From assembly GCF_009914755.1 (NCBI RefSeq), contig NC_060927.1: a stretch of 64,000 nt of DNA. One strand, written 5' to 3'. A program made the translations under genes and the position numbers. The notes under the pieces were generated by a model. The model was not told the origin of the DNA. It saw nothing but the letters and a program-made list of their open reading frames with translations, and did no database searches. This stretch comes from the human T2T-CHM13v2.0 reference genome, Homo sapiens. Positions 1 through 15,671 of this stretch are shown piece by piece (the first letter of the stretch is position 1; each line of letters opens with the position of its first letter).

Positions 1-69
1 ATCCTACAACCACCCCTCTCTGGCCCCCAACCTCCCAAGGGCTTAGGGCTGTCAAAGAAACAACTTAGG

Positions 70-285
70 TCTGCAGAGTGATACCTGCCTTGGAATTCCA
101 GCTCTGACCCTGGCTGGCTCTGAAATCTCGTGGATGTCACTTAACTTCCTTGCCTCAGTTTCCTTGCTTACAAGATGAAGAGGGCAACAGCTCATAGCTC
201 ACAGGATTGTGGTGAGGACAAAAGGGGAAAATGTATGTGAGACACTGAGCTCTGCATTCAGCCCACTGGGACTTCTCAATAAACC
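70..285 (+). mobile_element. MIR SINE
   Basis: MIR core-like 'gtcacttaacttccttgcctcagtttcc...caggattgtggtgaggac'. Confidence 0.75.
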
Positions 286-462
286 TGACCCATCATGACT
301 ACTTTGGCATTTTCTGATACAGCTCCACTCTCCGTATGGATTTCGCCAGTCATTATGGGTTTCTTCCTTGTAATGGTTTTCTTGCCATCATTTTTTCATA
401 TTTAAGCATTGTATTATAATAGAGAATAGAGATGAAGCATGCCCTTGTGCAGATTCTGATAC

Positions 463-862
463 TGTATGCTCCCTTATTAGTCAGCCAGGGCTGCTGTAAC
501 CCAGTACAAGAGACTGGGTGGCTTGAACCACAGGCATTCATTAATATTTGCTCATGACTCTAGAAGCTGAAAGTCGAAGATCAAGGTATCCACAGGGTGG
601 GTTTCTCCTGAGGCCCCTCTTTTTGGCCATCTTCCCTCTGTGTCATCACACGGTCTTCCCGTGTGGGTTTTTGTTAGAATCTCCTCTTCCTATTAGGATA
701 CCAGTCACACTGGATTTGGGCCCATCCTAATGATCTCATTTTTAATTTAATTATCTCTTTAAAGTCCCTATCTCCAAATACAGTCACATTCCGAGTGAGG
801 TACTGGGGGTGAGGGCTTCAGTGTATACATCATGGGGGGAGGACATAATTCAACCCACAACA
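463..862 (-). mobile_element. MaLR solo LTR (MLT1B/C-like)
   Basis: Reverse complement of the MLT1 LTR start: 'tatctccaaatacagtcacattc...ggacataattcaacccacaaca'. Confidence 0.8.
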
Positions 863-917
863 GCTCCTCACCTCCTGAAAGGACAAGCTAGGCCCCAAAT
901 TAAGAATCAGTTATGCT

Positions 918-1867
<950 letters not shown>

Positions 1868-3257
1868 CTAGACACTTATGTGTAGTGTCCTCCCAGTGCT
1901 GTAGTGAGCTCCTTGCTCTTCCCAGCCACCAGACCTGCAGAGGGGGCTGATGCCTACCAACTGCAATGTTCAACTAAGCTCTGTCCAATCGAGTCAGCAG
2001 ACCCAGCCATTGCTCATATTTACATTTGTAAAAAGTCAGGACGGAAAGTGTTCATTCCTGGCATGAACTCCCCAATCTGGGCTCATAAACATAAATCAAA
2101 GCTGAAGGTCATTTTTAAAAAATCAGTACATGCCTCATTAAAACAATTTTTTTAAAACTGAGTTTCTTGAACCACGGCCTATAATTTACAAAGTGCAAAT
2201 GTCTGAGATACGTGTGCTAAATTTAAAGAAACAACTATTATTAAACACCCCATTATGTAAGGCAGTGAAATATATTTGCACTCTGTATATCCGTTATAAT
2301 ATTTCAACTGAGCCTCACAATGTTTGGCAGTTCTTTCCTTCGGTGATAATAAAAGGCTTTTCTTTCCATTAAATATCTAAATTAAGTCAAATAGTGTATG
2401 TTAAATAAGCCCATAAGTCCTTTTGTATGATGCAATGAAGTCTTGAAATGCTTATCTACTGAGCACTCTGGCTTAAAGGCTGGTGGTTTATGTCCCCTGC
2501 AGAGCCCCGGGACCCTGCTGGCTTGGCCAGACTGTGAAAATAAGCTTCAAATGACCAAACGCAACTGCAACTTTAAAAGTAGGAACCAGACCAGACACAA
2601 CAAACCACAGTGTAGTCAGCCTCACTTGTCATAATTCATATGTGTGGAATTCAACTGTAAAAGCATTCACAGAGTGCTAAATTTCCTCCATTGGGGCATT
2701 CCATGTGGAATGTCAGATTTTGAAAAGCTGCTGATAAGCCACTCCTGATTACAAGTCTACAAGTTGTAGAATTAATAAAAAAAAAAAAAAAATTACCCCA
2801 ACCCCAAAACATCTCTGTCTGTGTCATCCAATCCTAAACAATGTAGGCAAGTGCCAATATTTTTAAATAACCAGGCCATAAAAATATGCACTCAATTGGT
2901 GGCCCTGTATGAACACTGACTTCCTTTTTTTTGGTTTTCTTTTAGCTCCATGTCTACATTATTCTCCATTTTGATGGCCTACATAATGATCACTTATAGC
3001 AATCCTTTTTTTGAAAAAGAATCTCATCATGGTTCAATGACTTAAAAATATAATCCTTACAGATTTTTAAAAGAGAAACTTGAATGGATAAATATATTCA
3101 TGTGTAGATTTCAAAGCCATGCATGTATATATAGATGTAAACACATGAAAATGTAATAATCCAATTAGCACATCTTTTTTGGAAACTAAATTAATCTTAA
3201 CAAAACTGGCCTAAGGCTCAGGTAGGAGTTGACGGAACTGCTGGTGATGACGACAAC

Positions 3258-3470
3258 AATAATAGCTGCCATTTAGTCAACATTTACTTTGTGCCAAGTG
3301 CAGTGCTCAGCCCTTGACATAGATTTTCCCATTTGGTTCCTCACAACAAAGCTCTGATGTAGGAATGCATCTTTATACGTGAGAAAACCACGGCTCAGAG
3401 ATGGGAAGTCACCTGCTCAAGGTCACATAGTAATTAAGTGGAGGGGAACCAGGGGTTGAACCTAGTTCAC
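3258..3470 (-). mobile_element. MIR SINE
   Basis: 'gagaaaaccacggctcagagatgggaagtcacctgctcaaggtcacatag' is the antisense MIR core. Confidence 0.8.
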
Positions 3471-4334
3471 ATTGTGCTATATTGCCTCCCAGTGGTGCCT
3501 TAGAGACAGGATATAGGGCCTGGCGAAGGGTAGGGTAATATACCTGGCCCCTAAATGACCTCTTATCTTGGCTAAGGACAGGCAGCATAGCCTAGGCCCC
3601 ATCTCAGGAGAAGATTTAAGAGCAGACACACCCTGTAAGCAAGGTAAAAAGCCAGAGCCATATCCCACCTCTCTTGCAGACACAAAGGAAGAAATCCCCA
3701 CCCAAAAATGAACTCCTAACCTTCCTCCACCTATTACCTTATTGCCTTGTTACCAAAAGCACCATATGCATGTTCCTGAAGAGTCTATTTTTCCCCCATC
3801 ACAACACACTTAAGTAGTACATATTTAAGACAGAAAAGCAATAGTAGTCCTCTTCTTTCTACAATGCAATCCAACTTTTCCTGGGTGACAAAAGATGAAT
3901 AAAGGGATGAGAGAAGCAAAGGTGTTGGATTATTCATTTGTGAATGCCACTTCATACAACAGCTGGTCACTACCCAGTAGAGTAGAAAGAGAACAGAAAG
4001 GGAGTCAACCAACTTGGATTCTCAGTTCCATTCTGTCCCACATCCTGGTGCCGTCATCTCTTCCCACACACAGTAATGAGGGAGGAAAGACCATCTCCAC
4101 CCCTGTGTTTATTTCAGACTTTCTGTGACTCTGAGAGCTTCCTTTAGGTACACAGAACCAGCACGCCAGCCCTACGGCTCAAGCACCAATGCCTAACACC
4201 AAGGAAACGTCACCCTCAAGAGTTAAACTGAGCATCTCCTTACACGGCAAACACACAGAAGGATCCCTGAGATACTAGTAAGGTCAGTTTTAGGGGAACA
4301 TGAAAACAGCCTGCTCCAGTAGCATTTACCAGGC

Positions 4335-5882
4335 ATTCCTAACTCCCTGGGCTCCCAACCTGGCCCATACCTCTTTCCTTAACTCCAGATGTGTGTACCT
4401 ATCTGCCTCTACAGCCTGTCCTCTGGAATGTCTAGACATCTCAGACTCAACACGTCCAGAACTTGATTTACCCTCTCAAGCAGGCTCTATCCACGTGATT
4501 TTCAATCTCAAGCAGGCTCTGACCACATCCTTCCCCAACACAACTTGTCCTTCCCAATCATAGTCCACGGCAACTATATCCTTCTCATCACACTCAGGCC
4601 AATCATCTTTGAGTCAATACTGACTCGTGTCTTTCTCTTAAATTCTACATCTATTCCATTAGGAAATCCCATAGAGTCTGCCTTCAAAACAGATATAAAA
4701 AGCCAGTACTCCCCTCCTTCGCTACCAACTTCCTGGTCACAGCCACCATCATCTCCCCGCCAAGCTTCCTAACAGGACTCCCTGCTCCTTCTCTTACCCC
4801 ACCCGTGGTCTATTCTCAACACGGTAGCAAAAGAGAACTTCTTAAAACTTATAGCAGATCAACACCTCCACCTCTCGCACCAGAACTGTGTGAAAGTTGA
4901 TTATACAAAATGGGTCAGGGTGTAGCGCAAGGTGTGAAAGTTCATGATGTGGAATGGGTCATTCTTTGTCATACCCCAAACTGAATCACTCTGAGGGCCT
5001 GGAGGATAAAGGCACTCAGGGCACATAGCATGGCTCCAAGAATGTAATTCTCTGCAAGCCCAGCTGCTGAAACTGCCTGCTGCAACCATAAGACCGGGTT
5101 TACCTAATAGCTGCTGAAATGACCTGCCACAACTCTTAAGGCTAGCTCTACCTATCACCGTCACTCGCTGTTCAGAGCTTGCCAGCTCCCCTAAGCTGCT
5201 TCTCTTGCCAGTGAGCTTTCTTTCCATTTCTAATAAAACTATGTCTAATAAAATCCTCAAACTTTGCTCCAATGAGTCTGTGCATATGCCTTGAACTGCA
5301 ATTCTGTGATTCCCAAATAAAACACTGAATTTAGACACTTGTCTCTATATTTTGACTTTGACAAAGGCAAGTCCTTTAATGGTATGGCCCCAACTGGCTC
5401 TCAGGCCCCATCTCTCACCACACTCCCCCAGTCCACTCCTCTTGGCCACAGCAGCCTCCTGACTGCCCTTTGATTATGCATGACTTGCCCCCAACCATAG
5501 GGTCTTTGATTAACTGTTCCCTCTGCCTGGAATGTTCTACAAGTCTAACTCATTCACCTCCTTCAAGTCCTTACTCAAACAGCACCTTTAAAAAGAACTA
5601 CTTGGCGTCACAATCAAAAGCACAGCCCACTCTCACTCCACAGAACTGCCAACCTCATTCCCTGGTTTTTCTTCTCCTGCACACCCCTTCTAACCTCCTA
5701 ACTAATCTACTTATTATGTCTGTCTGTCTGCATCCTTTCTCTCCCCAGAATGAGTGCCCACAAGGCCAGGATCTTTGTCTGTTTTGTTCATTGATTTATC
5801 CCACATGCCTGGAACAGTGTCATGTACAAAACAGGCACTTGGTAAATATCTGTTGACTGAACAATTGAATAGATGAATGAAT
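4335..5882 (+). mobile_element. LINE-2 (L2a-like) 3' portion, interrupted by an LTR
   Basis: C/T-rich L2 body; L2 3' end 'ggtaaatatctgttgactgaa...tgaatgaa'. Confidence 0.75.
4933..5363 (+). mobile_element. ERV1-class solo LTR (LTR54-like, tentative)
   Basis: TG...CA termini, AATAAA signals, 4-bp TSD AAGG at 4929-4932 and 5364-5367. Confidence 0.75.
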
Positions 5883-7289
5883 CCAGGAGTGGACATTCTG
5901 TGAAGGCTCTCCCCCCTGTTGGGAAGGGTATGTTCTCTTCACCTCCTTTTTTCTCCTTCATACAAGTTGAAAAAACAGACCTGTCTAAGCTCAGCAAATA
6001 CCCAGCACGTACACCACAGTTCTGTGACCTGCATGTGGAGCCGACCCAGGTGAGCAGCTCAATGCTCTCGCCCACTGGGCCCAGTCACAACCTCAGAATT
6101 CATCTCACACCACGCCCAGTAAGGGACTGAAACATCCTTTATCGCTCCTCTTCCAACATTCCTTTCCACTCACTAACAAGATACCCAGCCCTAAGACAAG
6201 AAAAACAGTTCAAAGATGCAAACCTATTATTAAATAAAAATTAATTAGACTCACAGCAGGCAACTTCAAAAGAAAAATACTAAAACTACCATTTTTTATA
6301 GAAGTCAAAATTTTAATTAAACAGCATAAAGATAGCCAGGCTATCTGCTTTCAAGTTTAACTCAAAAAGTTTAGTTTGTGAATTTTACGACAGACCTCCA
6401 TTCTCTTCGTTACAAACTGGCATTTCTAGACCCTCTCATAACCAAAACAGGCCTTTCTGTTGAATATATAACCATGGCTATAGTATTCATGCCATCTATC
6501 CCATACCCTCTGCATCGAACCAAAATGCTTCACACAACGCGGTATGGAAAGCTGCTATGTGGACCAGTATCTCCATTCTTTCTGAATCTTAAGCTCACAT
6601 TTCCAATGCCATTTTATTTCTGCTTGTTGTTTTACACTAAGATGTGATTAAATTTAAAAGAAACGTTCAACTAAATGGTATACGCATTTCCCTTTGATCA
6701 AAATTTACACAGCAAAAAAAAAAAAAACTGCACATTTATACAGCTGAGCTCGCCGCAAGTCATTGGAATCACGCTTGCAGGGTAACAGTCATTTTCAAGC
6801 TTTTATTAGTTACTATAATGATCGGAGACAGGGGTCATCAAAATGCCTTTGCCAGAGCCAATCTAACATTACTGCAAAGTCCCATAGTGAAATAAAGTCT
6901 AGGGAGGGAGGGGGAGGAGAAAGGGAGACTTTTGTGCTGTGTGGCTACAGAAGAGAAAAAAAGTAACTCAAGAATGTAACATTGTGAAGAAAACAGCACT
7001 TAACATAAGTTATATCTAGCTCACCTTTACTGGTTCAACATAAGCAAAAACACTGCTGCTACCAGGGTAGTGAGACCAGGAAGAGATTACTAAGGAAAGT
7101 TGCTAAAACAAAAGGAAACAAAAAACGTCATCTTTTTAAGGAAGGAACAAGGGTCAGAATACGCTCTGTCTCTGATGTTTCAAAATGATTTTGTTTGCAG
7201 CCAGGAGAATGGGTTAGAAGAATGGCCAGTGTCGTTCATCTGAGATTCCGTAACACATTTTGTTTAATCAAACGCTCATTAAATACAAA

Positions 7290-7735
7290 CTTATAAAAGA
7301 GAGTGACAACTAAATACAGTACATGATCCTGGATTGGATTCTGGACTAGGCAAAACAACAGCTACAGAAGAGATCAGAGACACTGACAACATCGTGCCAC
7401 AGTCTTTTATCAATGCTAAACCTCCCGCTTGATTAATGTACTGCAGTTACGTAAAATAACGGCCTTGTAAGGAAATACATGCTGAAGCATTTTATGGTAA
7501 GGGTGCTTGAGATTTCAAACTTACTGTCAAAGGATTTAGGAAAAGCACAATGCAAACGTGTGTGTGTGCACACGTGTGTGTATCTGAGAGTATGAGAAGG
7601 AGGGATAGAAAAAGAATGAAAAACAAATGGAACCAAGTATAATCAATTGGTAAATCTCGCTAAAAGGCATAGGGAATTCTTGCATTATTCTTGCAACTAT
7701 CTGTGTTAAGTTTGCAATTATACCAAAAGAAAAAT
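7290..7735 (+). mobile_element. Old L1 3' end (L1MC-like)
   Basis: 'tgatcctggattggattctggac', 'aggaaatacatgctgaagcattt', 'ttcttgcattattcttgcaact'. Confidence 0.75.
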
Positions 7736-7827
7736 GAGCTCATACTTTGTATCCTAATCTCATTCCTAAAATATATTATCTTGGTTATTTTCTAGAAAAT
7801 GAAATATACTAACCAGAATAAGACTCA

Positions 7828-8163
<336 letters not shown>

Positions 8164-8964
8164 TCACTTAGCCAATCGACACATACGCCATATATGAAGC
8201 ACCCATCCAGGGCCACGTGTGTGTCTCGCCTGTCAGAGCTGACTGTGTGTGTGCTTTCTCTTTCACCCCCTGTGAATTTTAAATAGCTACATCATTGGTA
8301 GGAGAAAAACATGGCTTTCCAATTTGGAAATGATGTCAGCCACATTAGTTGGTCCTGAGAAAACAACCCATACTTTAATACAAAGTTTCAAATAGTCAGA
8401 AAAGAGGATCAAAATATTATGTCTTACTTTTGCTAAAAATATTAACCTACACTGAAGGTGATCTATCAAAAAAAAAAATACATGTGGCTATGCAAAACAC
8501 AGATGATAATGACAACACATCTGCAAGTCCAAGTCCATACAGATTCACAGCATTGAAGAGAAGGCAATAACGAAAGGCTTTCAAATGATGGAAATGCTGT
8601 CTAGTCATGTGTGACATGACTTAAATAAGTAACAATGCAAGAATGTATTTGTCTAACCATTGCCCAGGGGTTTCTTGGATTTAGCAGCCAAACTGGCAAC
8701 AGGGATTATATTATCAGTAGTATTCTATACCACTTTATTAACTGTCAGGGAAATGTCTATTATAATAATTGTCAGTGGAATGATGTTTATTTTACTACCA
8801 ACACAGCAACTTGACCAATCAACTCGAGATTTTTCATCCAATCCTTCCCAGAAATGGCCAGCATTCCAGGAACACTGAACTGGTATCACTTCTTTCTCCT
8901 TTATCTTCAGTATAATATTCATACCAGAGAGAAGAGAAAACACTCTCTTTTATTGAATACTGGC

Positions 8965-9150
8965 TCAGCAAGCTACCTGGTTCAAATTCCAGCTCCTTCA
9001 TTTCATTAGTTACATTCTTAGACAAGCTACTCACGCTCTCAAGACCTCAGTCTCCTCAACTTAAGATGGGAAAACAAACTCGCTGGACTACTGCAAAGAT
9101 ACAACTAACTAGGTAATGTCTACATCTAATGTTGCCTGCATAGAATGATT
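8965..9150 (+). mobile_element. MIR SINE
   Basis: 'ggttcaaattccagctcc...cctcagtctcctcaacttaagatggg'. Confidence 0.7.
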
Positions 9151-9889
9151 GTTCATCTTACCTAAGTCATATTCCGCTGGCATATAAGTGTCATTATTAG
9201 CTCTCCCCTCGAAATACATCAGGTGCACTGGATGCTATCTCAAATGTTAAGTCAACTCAGTAACAAGGTATTCAAGAAATGGTCCAATGGAACATTAGAG
9301 TAATAAGCCCTCCCCAGTGAAAAACTCTCTGCCTTTCCTCTTAATGAACAACTGCTTGGGGAAACCATAGAAAATCTTGCTGGACATTTGACAGTGTTTT
9401 TTTTTGTTTTTTGTTTTTTGTTTTTCTTGCATTTTATCTAAGCACATGCATCTCTAAGAACTCTAAGAAACTTAATTAATACAAACAGCCCCAGCTGGAC
9501 CAAATGATCTCATCAGATCACCAGCAGCAAAAAGATTCCCTGACTCCAAATTCCTACCCTTGTTAGGCAAACAGAATTCTACAGATGAGAAAATGCAAGC
9601 TCAAGGTCAGTCAACCAAAAACCTCCCCATGCTTATTTGCTTAAAAATGTGAGAAACACCAAGAAAGATAAAAGAATATATAGAAAGCACTATCCTTGCC
9701 CTCTAGGGAATTATCATCTAATTCCAAAAGACAGCATAAATTCATAAATAACTTTTGGGCCCTTTTCTCCCTCTTTTGTGAACATGTTCACCTGTTTCAA
9801 TGGAGTGTTTGTGTAAGTGATATATACTACTTCCAGGACAGGTCCATACAATTTTACTTACATGACCCTTGCTCTTTTCTCAAGTTGGC

Positions 9890-10068
9890 AGACTTGGAAA
9901 ACACATGCAGAAGATGGTGGCGCCATAAAATGTAAGAACAAAGGGTGTCTGAAACAATGCTTGCAAGAGAGGCCTTGTCAATTTGGAGAAAAATACCTAT
10001 TGGGTTTGAGTCATTAAACATTTGTATGTTTATTTGTTACAGCAGCTAGCATTTCCTTAGCTAATACA
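9890..10068 (+). mobile_element. MaLR LTR 3' fragment (old MLT1)
   Basis: MLT1-type end 'tttgttacagcagctagcatttccttagctaataca'. Confidence 0.6.
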
Positions 10069-10237
10069 CCCTCCATTACTCTGTGACCTTATAAGCAATT
10101 CTATATACATTTGATGAACTTCTAACGAGATGCCAGACACTATGCAAAGCATCAGAGGACACAATGAGGAGAAAGAACTGGCAAGGCTCCCGAATAGATG
10201 AAAGTGGTTACATAGCAGGGGATAAAATAATGTGTGA

Positions 10238-10542
<305 letters not shown>

Positions 10543-12358
10543 ATAAAATAATGTGTGAGCAGGCAATTGCGTGAGCTGCCTAGAAGGCTGGGGATACCAT
10601 GAAAGGTAAAACTGCGGAGACTTTACATAGTACATCATCACAGAAAAGTACTAGACATTAGATTTCATGTTAAGTCCTATTCTCTGCCATGAAGATCAGC
10701 CACCTCTAACCTGTCTCTTCCTATCTCAAATGCCAAAGCACAGAGCCTCCTAACTCTCTGATAAGTATATTAGGATTCTCTCAGGAAGGCACAGACCATT
10801 TTCTAAGGCCCCATCTCTACTCACCCCACTTTCCTGGGCATTGTCTTCCCATCACTTCTCTGGTTCCACGCAACAGATCTTTATATTTACCTAAGTTGGG
10901 GTCACTTTATTTCTATTCCTTGCCCCCATGCCAAATTCAAAACTCAGTCTTTGGCATGCCTCAAAGAAACAAACTAAAAACCCAATTCTTCCCCCAGTGT
11001 GTTTATACAAGAATGATATTGTGGTGTAAGTACTTTAAATGACAAACTGTTGTCTGCTTGCTGCTAAATCTCTATAAAGGTGCTAACCAGCTGCACTGGG
11101 ATGTAAGCAAATGCTTTGTTCTCTCCAGAGTCTGAAATGCTTTCCCATAAATGTGGGGGCCAGTCCCTGCTGAATGCAGTCCCTCCCATAAAGGGGCCAT
11201 GTTAAGTGAGGCAAACACATGTCAAGATATTCTTGGGACACAGTTTTCCAAGTAAGAATCAAGTAGGTGACCAGACAATCTTTGGATTAAGAAATAAAAT
11301 TAGATGAAAAAGAGACAGGCAGACAGACAGAAAGGAAGAAAGAAGAAAAGAAAGTGCATGAGCATACACATACCATTCCCTATTAACTCCATGCATCTCC
11401 CCAATTATCTTGGGACATTTCTTCATCTTATTATGAGTGTCTGAAACACAGAACATGCTCTCTTCTAACCTATAAATGAACCACTCATAGACTTCTGTTT
11501 GCCTCATCAATTTCTACACCTTTTTGAAAAATAGATCATTTTACATTCCTTTTCAATGACGGGAAGGAGTTCACATTTTTAAAAAACATATATCCATTTC
11601 TTAGCATATGTGCAGAATGACTTCCCAGCATGAAACTGGCTGACCCCTTTAAATGTTCTCATTCCAAATACAAGGGAAAGCCCATCTTGTGCAACTCCAC
11701 AGGAATCCTTGCAGAATTATATCAGATGAGAACCACTTGGCGGCTCATTAGAAATAGTCCCCGTCTGTCACTAAGGTTAGATTTGAGGACATCTTTACAA
11801 GGATATAAGGGGGCCTTTCCCCCACATTTCCCAGAACAGCAACAAAACACTATTCCAGTTGCCCTAAAAATGTCAGCGTGAGACTGCCCTCGAGAAAACA
11901 GCTTCAGATCTAAAATGTTCTAGCAAAAGAATGAGTAAGTCAGGCATACCCAAAATGCTGAGAACAGTGTGTATCAGAAACCTGTCGGTCTTGTGTCTCC
12001 ACTTAGCCTCTAGGAGCCAAAACAGGTTGGCATTGACAAGTCAATTGAAATTTTCGTGACATTTATTTTTTTCTCCAAAGTAACTCAGGTAAGTCACAAA
12101 GTATAATCAGCAACGACAGTTGCCATCTGAGAACAAAAGGATGACCTAACTCCCTGACACCCACGCTGAGCAGCACATATGCAAATGAATATAGAAAGAA
12201 AAATATACCAAGGGAGAAATGAGGACATTTTCCCCTCCCACCGACTTGCACCCAATATCCACTCAGCAATCACACAGTGTGCATCTACCAGGTGCCAAGA
12301 CCATGGACATAATGGGGAAAAAGCCATGATCCATGAAGATGACAGAGAAATACAATTA

Positions 12359-12856
<498 letters not shown>

Positions 12857-12861
12857 CTAAG

Positions 12862-13085
12862 CCTAAAATTGTAAATCAATGACCTGAGAGCCAAATGTGG
12901 TCCAAAGATTTGTTTCGCTTGGGCCAGACTAGACAGACTTTATTTTTATTCTATTTCCAACACTTAATAATCAAGATTAAGCATTTGTTAATTTGAGTTT
13001 TCTGGTTTCTTTGGAAGATATGAGGAGAGGAGATCTGGCCACATGAAACTAATGTTTCTCCCACAGCAACAACAGGGTGAGGCCA
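12862..13085 (+). mobile_element. hAT-Charlie fossil (MER102-like)
   Basis: 'gccaaatgtggtccaaagatttgtttcgcttgggcc...tttctggtttctttggaag...gatctggccaca'. Confidence 0.55.
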
Positions 13086-13704
13086 TCTGCTTGCTCCTGT
13101 CGGCTCTGGCATCTGTATCCTCCTAGGCAGGGGGAACTGCTCATGGAAAGGCGCATTGGACTTTTAAGCACATCACTGATGGCCCAAGAAACCTCGGCCT
13201 TGGCTCCAATGCACCAAACTTTTTATGAAGCCCGCTGATTTGGTACATTTTCAGATCTCTTTGTTTGAAAGCAACAGAACATCTGAACAGCAAGAAATGG
13301 TGCCAGTTACTATTACAAAGGGTAGATAACAAAACCAAAATAAAAAACAGCCACATACAAACATCCCAAATACCACGCACCAGCAATTGCAAGTACACCC
13401 TTGGGCCTGCCAAGAGTTCCGAGAGAGACACTGGCACCAAAAACACTGAGCTCCCTGTGGGCAGCTGCCCAATGACAGAGGCAAGGGTCCCTGGGCTCAT
13501 CTGTCCACGCTGGGACATCCAATCTAGAGAAACTTATTTTTTCATAATATTCCTATTTCTCAGGGTAAACTCTACTCTGCTTAAAAAGAGACAGACAGAC
13601 AGACCCAAAGACAGGAAATACCACCAGATTCCTTTTCCTGTGATGGTGTTTTCCAAGAGAAGATAGGAAATTGGGGCACTTAATAAGTCAGAGCCAGAGA
13701 GACA

Positions 13705-13915
13705 GAAGGAAAACAGGCTCTGGATTCAGAAAGGCTTGAGTTTCAATCTTGAATTAGCTATGTGACCTAAGCCAGGGAATTGACTTTCCTGATTCTCAGC
13801 GTCTTCTTTCTTAAAAGACAGAAAAGGTACTGGCCACCTCCCAGGTTCATTGTGAGGGACAAATAAAATTCATATAAAGTGATTCAAATATAGCAGGTGG
13901 CACTAGAGAGCTTCA
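13705..13915 (+). mobile_element. MIR SINE
   Basis: 'ggctctggattcaga...ttagctatgtgacct...ttgtgagggacaaat'. Confidence 0.7.
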
Positions 13916-14255
13916 AGACTGAGACCATAACTCAGACCGTTCTGGGCCAATGCCAGCCTCTGCCAATCATGCACTGATGTCATATTGAAAAAAAGAAATA
14001 TGACCCATGACTTGGGCCCACCTACTGCACATCTGTGTCTGATGTTTGCACACAGAGAATGCAGTGGTCTCAAGCTGGGATGGGCCTACCGTAAAGTCAA
14101 GAGAGACACTGCCATGTCTCTTTCCCATGGTTTTCCTTTCAAATTCCCACAGATTTTGCATTCTACTCCATAATATTCTCAGGAGCCGCAGTACTTACAC
14201 ATTTAACTTTCCTGAATTCAACTATATGAACTGAGCGAAAAGAGAAGGTGGATCC

Positions 14256-14607
14256 GAATGTGACCTTACTTGGAATATGATTGCTGCAGATGTAATTAGT
14301 TAAGATGAGGTCATACTGAAGTGGGGTGGGACCCTAATCCAATATGACTGGTGTCTGTAAAAAGGGGAAATTGGGACATAGACAAACACATAGAAAGACC
14401 ACCACAGGGAGATGAAGGCAGAGATCGAGGCAACGCTCCTACAAGTCAAGGAATGGCAAACATTGCCAGCCCCTGCCAGGAGGTAGGAGAAGGGCCTGAA
14501 ACATTCTCCCTCACAGCTTTCTGAAAGAGTCCACTCTGCTGACACCTTTGTCTTGGACTTCTTGGCTCTAGAAGCAAAAGATGACAAATTTCTGGTGTTA
14601 AAGCCAG
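14256..14607 (+). mobile_element. MaLR LTR (MLT1C-like, partial)
   Basis: 'gaatgtgaccttacttggaa...gttaagatgaggtcatac...ccctaatccaatatgactggtgtc'. Confidence 0.85.
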
Positions 14608-15442
14608 AGGCAGGGGGACAATAATTTACGTAGTAAGCTATGTGTTTCCTCAGTGGGGATGGGCCCCACTGCTGAAGTTGTAATAAACAGTAACCCTTTA
14701 TTTTTAAGCTATTAAGGCTTTCTCTCTTAAGACAAATTGTACGTATTTCAGACTTAGATAAAGAAGGAGCAGCCAAGATGCCAATATATTGTTTTGAATA
14801 ATACATTCAAAACAGTAGCAAGAGCCACTTAATTTTTCTTCATGAGTATTTTATTTTGCGGTGACATCCCGAGTCACCTTAGGGGGCATTCTAAATTCAC
14901 TGTTTGCCTCCTTTCCTAATTGTGTATTTTCCTTTGTTTTTTTTCTAGCTGTACTTTTCCACATATGCATTTGTAGAAAATCCATTGTGTGAATGGGTAA
15001 AAGTGAGATAAGGCATGGATACAGTTTTAGGAGGCCCTAACATGACTCACAGGGCCCTAAAATGAATTCAGATGTGACTGAATTCACCTTTCAAGTTTAA
15101 CTCCTTCTCTCACCCCCATTTTATAATTCTGCTAAACTCGAGGGAGGGCAGAGCAGCCGGGATCACCCACAAAGCAAAGAGATGTGTAGCAGGCTTGGAT
15201 TACTTGACTCATCACGGAGATGAGGGAATGTGTCCATGTAACTACTGGAAAAAACAATGTATGTTACCAGCCGACAGACAGAAACCCAAAATAACACCAT
15301 GCCATGAAATAAAAAAGGGTAAAAAACAAGAAACAACCTCAATTCAGTGAGTGACGGGACAGACACTTTTCCAGAAGGCACAGCAAACACATTTGTTTCT
15401 TGCTGAATGGCCCCAACAAATGTTTAAAAGAAAGAATGAATG

Positions 15443-15671
15443 AGCCTGGCCAACATGGCAAAACCCGTCTCTAGTAAAAATACAAAATTCAGCCGGGCAT
15501 GGTGGTGTACGCCTATAATCCCAGCTACTAGGGAGGCTGAGGCAGGAGAATCACTTGAATCAGGAAGCAGAGGTTGCAGTGAGCCAAGATCAAGCTACTG
15601 CACTCCAACGTGGGTGCCATAGTGAGACTGTCTCAAAAAAACAAACAAAGAAAAAATAAATGAATAAAAAT
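15443..15671 (+). mobile_element. 5'-truncated Alu (AluS)
   Basis: Starts at AGCCTGGCCAAC; TSD AAAGAATGAATG at 15431-15442 and 15672-15683. Confidence 0.92.

Noticed and set aside
12165-12190. 'GCAGCACATAT' resembling the U6 snRNA 5' end or miR-15 family sequence
   Set aside because: Only ~11 nt match, with no continuation, hairpin or TSD.
14300-14806. Longest ORF (168 aa, minus strand)
   Set aside because: It lies largely within an MLT1C-like LTR and has no recognisable domain.
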